Below are positions 63,389 through 64,000 of a DNA stretch of 64,000 nucleotides, in pieces. The notes under the pieces were generated by a model, which was not told the origin of the DNA, searched no databases, and worked only from the letters and a program-made list of their open reading frames with translations. A program made the position numbers and the translations under genes. The stretch covers positions 1,902 to 65,901 of the forward strand of contig CAZCBH010000009.1 in assembly GCA_964496875.1 (NCBI GenBank), written 5' to 3'. The number at the start of each line of letters is the position of its first letter. Position 1 is the stretch's first letter. This DNA is from an uncultured Candidatus Obscuribacterales bacterium. GTDB taxonomy: Bacteria > Cyanobacteriota > Vampirovibrionia > Obscuribacterales > Obscuribacteraceae.

Positions 63389-64000
63389 TGATTATGTTTA
63401 GACCGACTACCGGATGCCTTTCTCAAGGTGGGATGAATTAAACGAATAGGGCATGAATCCGCTTGATGCTGAGACCGATAATCGAGCAGATTAAGAGGAA
63501 TGAGAGCCGGCTCCGGAAGGCGCGATTCGTATCTCGCCACCGGATCATCTGCGCCCAAAAACTTTCTGGTCTTTTCTAAAATGGTTTCGTCCACCGGATC
63601 AGGCAGAGCCAGAAAGACTCCACAAAGGGGGCTCTCCTGCAGCTTCATCTTGTTGACCTTCTTGATAAGCATGTTAAAAATGGAGTTGACTTCACCGCCA
63701 TCCTGCACCAACCAGGCCAGAATCAAGGGTCTGCCGAGACTATCCAGCAAGAAAACCTCTTCTACAGGATGCTCTTTCGACATCAAGAACCATCCTGTTC
63801 TAAGCGGATTTATCGTCCCCGATACGATTCTGGTGATCGCTTCCCAGAGCGCCAGCTGGCGATTGTAAAGACCGGAGCTATGAGCCTGTACAAAAAAATC
63901 AGCGAATAGAAATTGCAAAAAAGCACTACTGACAGGACCGGGCTCCTCGCCATGAAAGTCCAGTTTCAAATTCTCGACCGCACTGGTCAGATCATGCGGG
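63385..64000 (-). CDS. hypothetical protein, probably 5-prime truncated by the window edge
   Basis: The reading frame stays open from TTG 63969 to position 64000. Its stop overlaps the convergent carboxyltransferase stop (TTAA). No family recognised. Confidence 0.45.
   Translation of the reverse strand, partial: PHDLTSAVENLKLDFHGEEPGPVSSAFLQFLFADFFVQAHSSGLYNRQLALWEAITRIVSGTINPLRTGWFLMSKEHPVEEVFLLDSLGRPLILAWLVQDGGEVNSIFNMLIKKVNKMKLQESPLCGVFLALPDPVDETILEKTRKFLGADDPVARYESRLPEPALIPLNLLDYRSQHQADSCPIRLIHPTLRKASGSRSKHNH

Overview
About 64 kb of gene-dense bacterial chromosome, roughly balanced in GC by eye. I call about 65 protein genes and one tRNA. I saw no rRNA, CRISPR array, transposase or phage genes. 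AsmA/TamB-like, O-antigen-ligase-like and TatC genes suggest a diderm cell envelope. The lineage cannot be assigned from the sequence alone.

The housekeeping backbone includes rpsO-pnp, rsfS, hup, rpsF-ssb-rpsR, tRNA-Leu(CAG), infC-rpmI-rplT, tatC, folK-acpS and a complete trpEGDCFBA operon. It also includes trpS, a sigma-70 factor, mgtE, an acyl-CoA carboxyltransferase, an acyl-CoA synthetase and a Xer-type recombinase. Lineage-specific genes are interspersed, many carrying codon-level low-complexity repeats ((STD)n, (RD)n, (DS)n, (EA)n and acidic tails).

Best leads:
1. A 25-codon Trp-rich leader peptide (WWSW) plus an intrinsic terminator in front of trpE. It is absent from the ORF track and looks like a ribosome-mediated attenuator.
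2. A two-gene module of unknown function: a glycine-zipper secreted protein plus a 684-aa protein with a possibly kinase-like C-terminal domain.
3. Tandem paralogous membrane-TPR proteins after tatC. One keeps an in-membrane HExxH motif and the other has lost it.
4. A MerR-HTH / zinc-ribbon protein with a 10x Arg-Asp dipeptide repeat, next to a stand-alone VirB10/TrbI-like protein.
5. Two structured non-coding regions, one upstream of the MATE gene and one downstream of the recombinase.
6. A REC-GAF-LuxR regulator lacking the phospho-acceptor Asp.
7. An orphan MazF/PemK toxin.
8. An unannotated 52-aa highly basic ORF directly upstream of trpS.

All functional calls rest on motif recognition by eye. 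No database search or folding computation was run.
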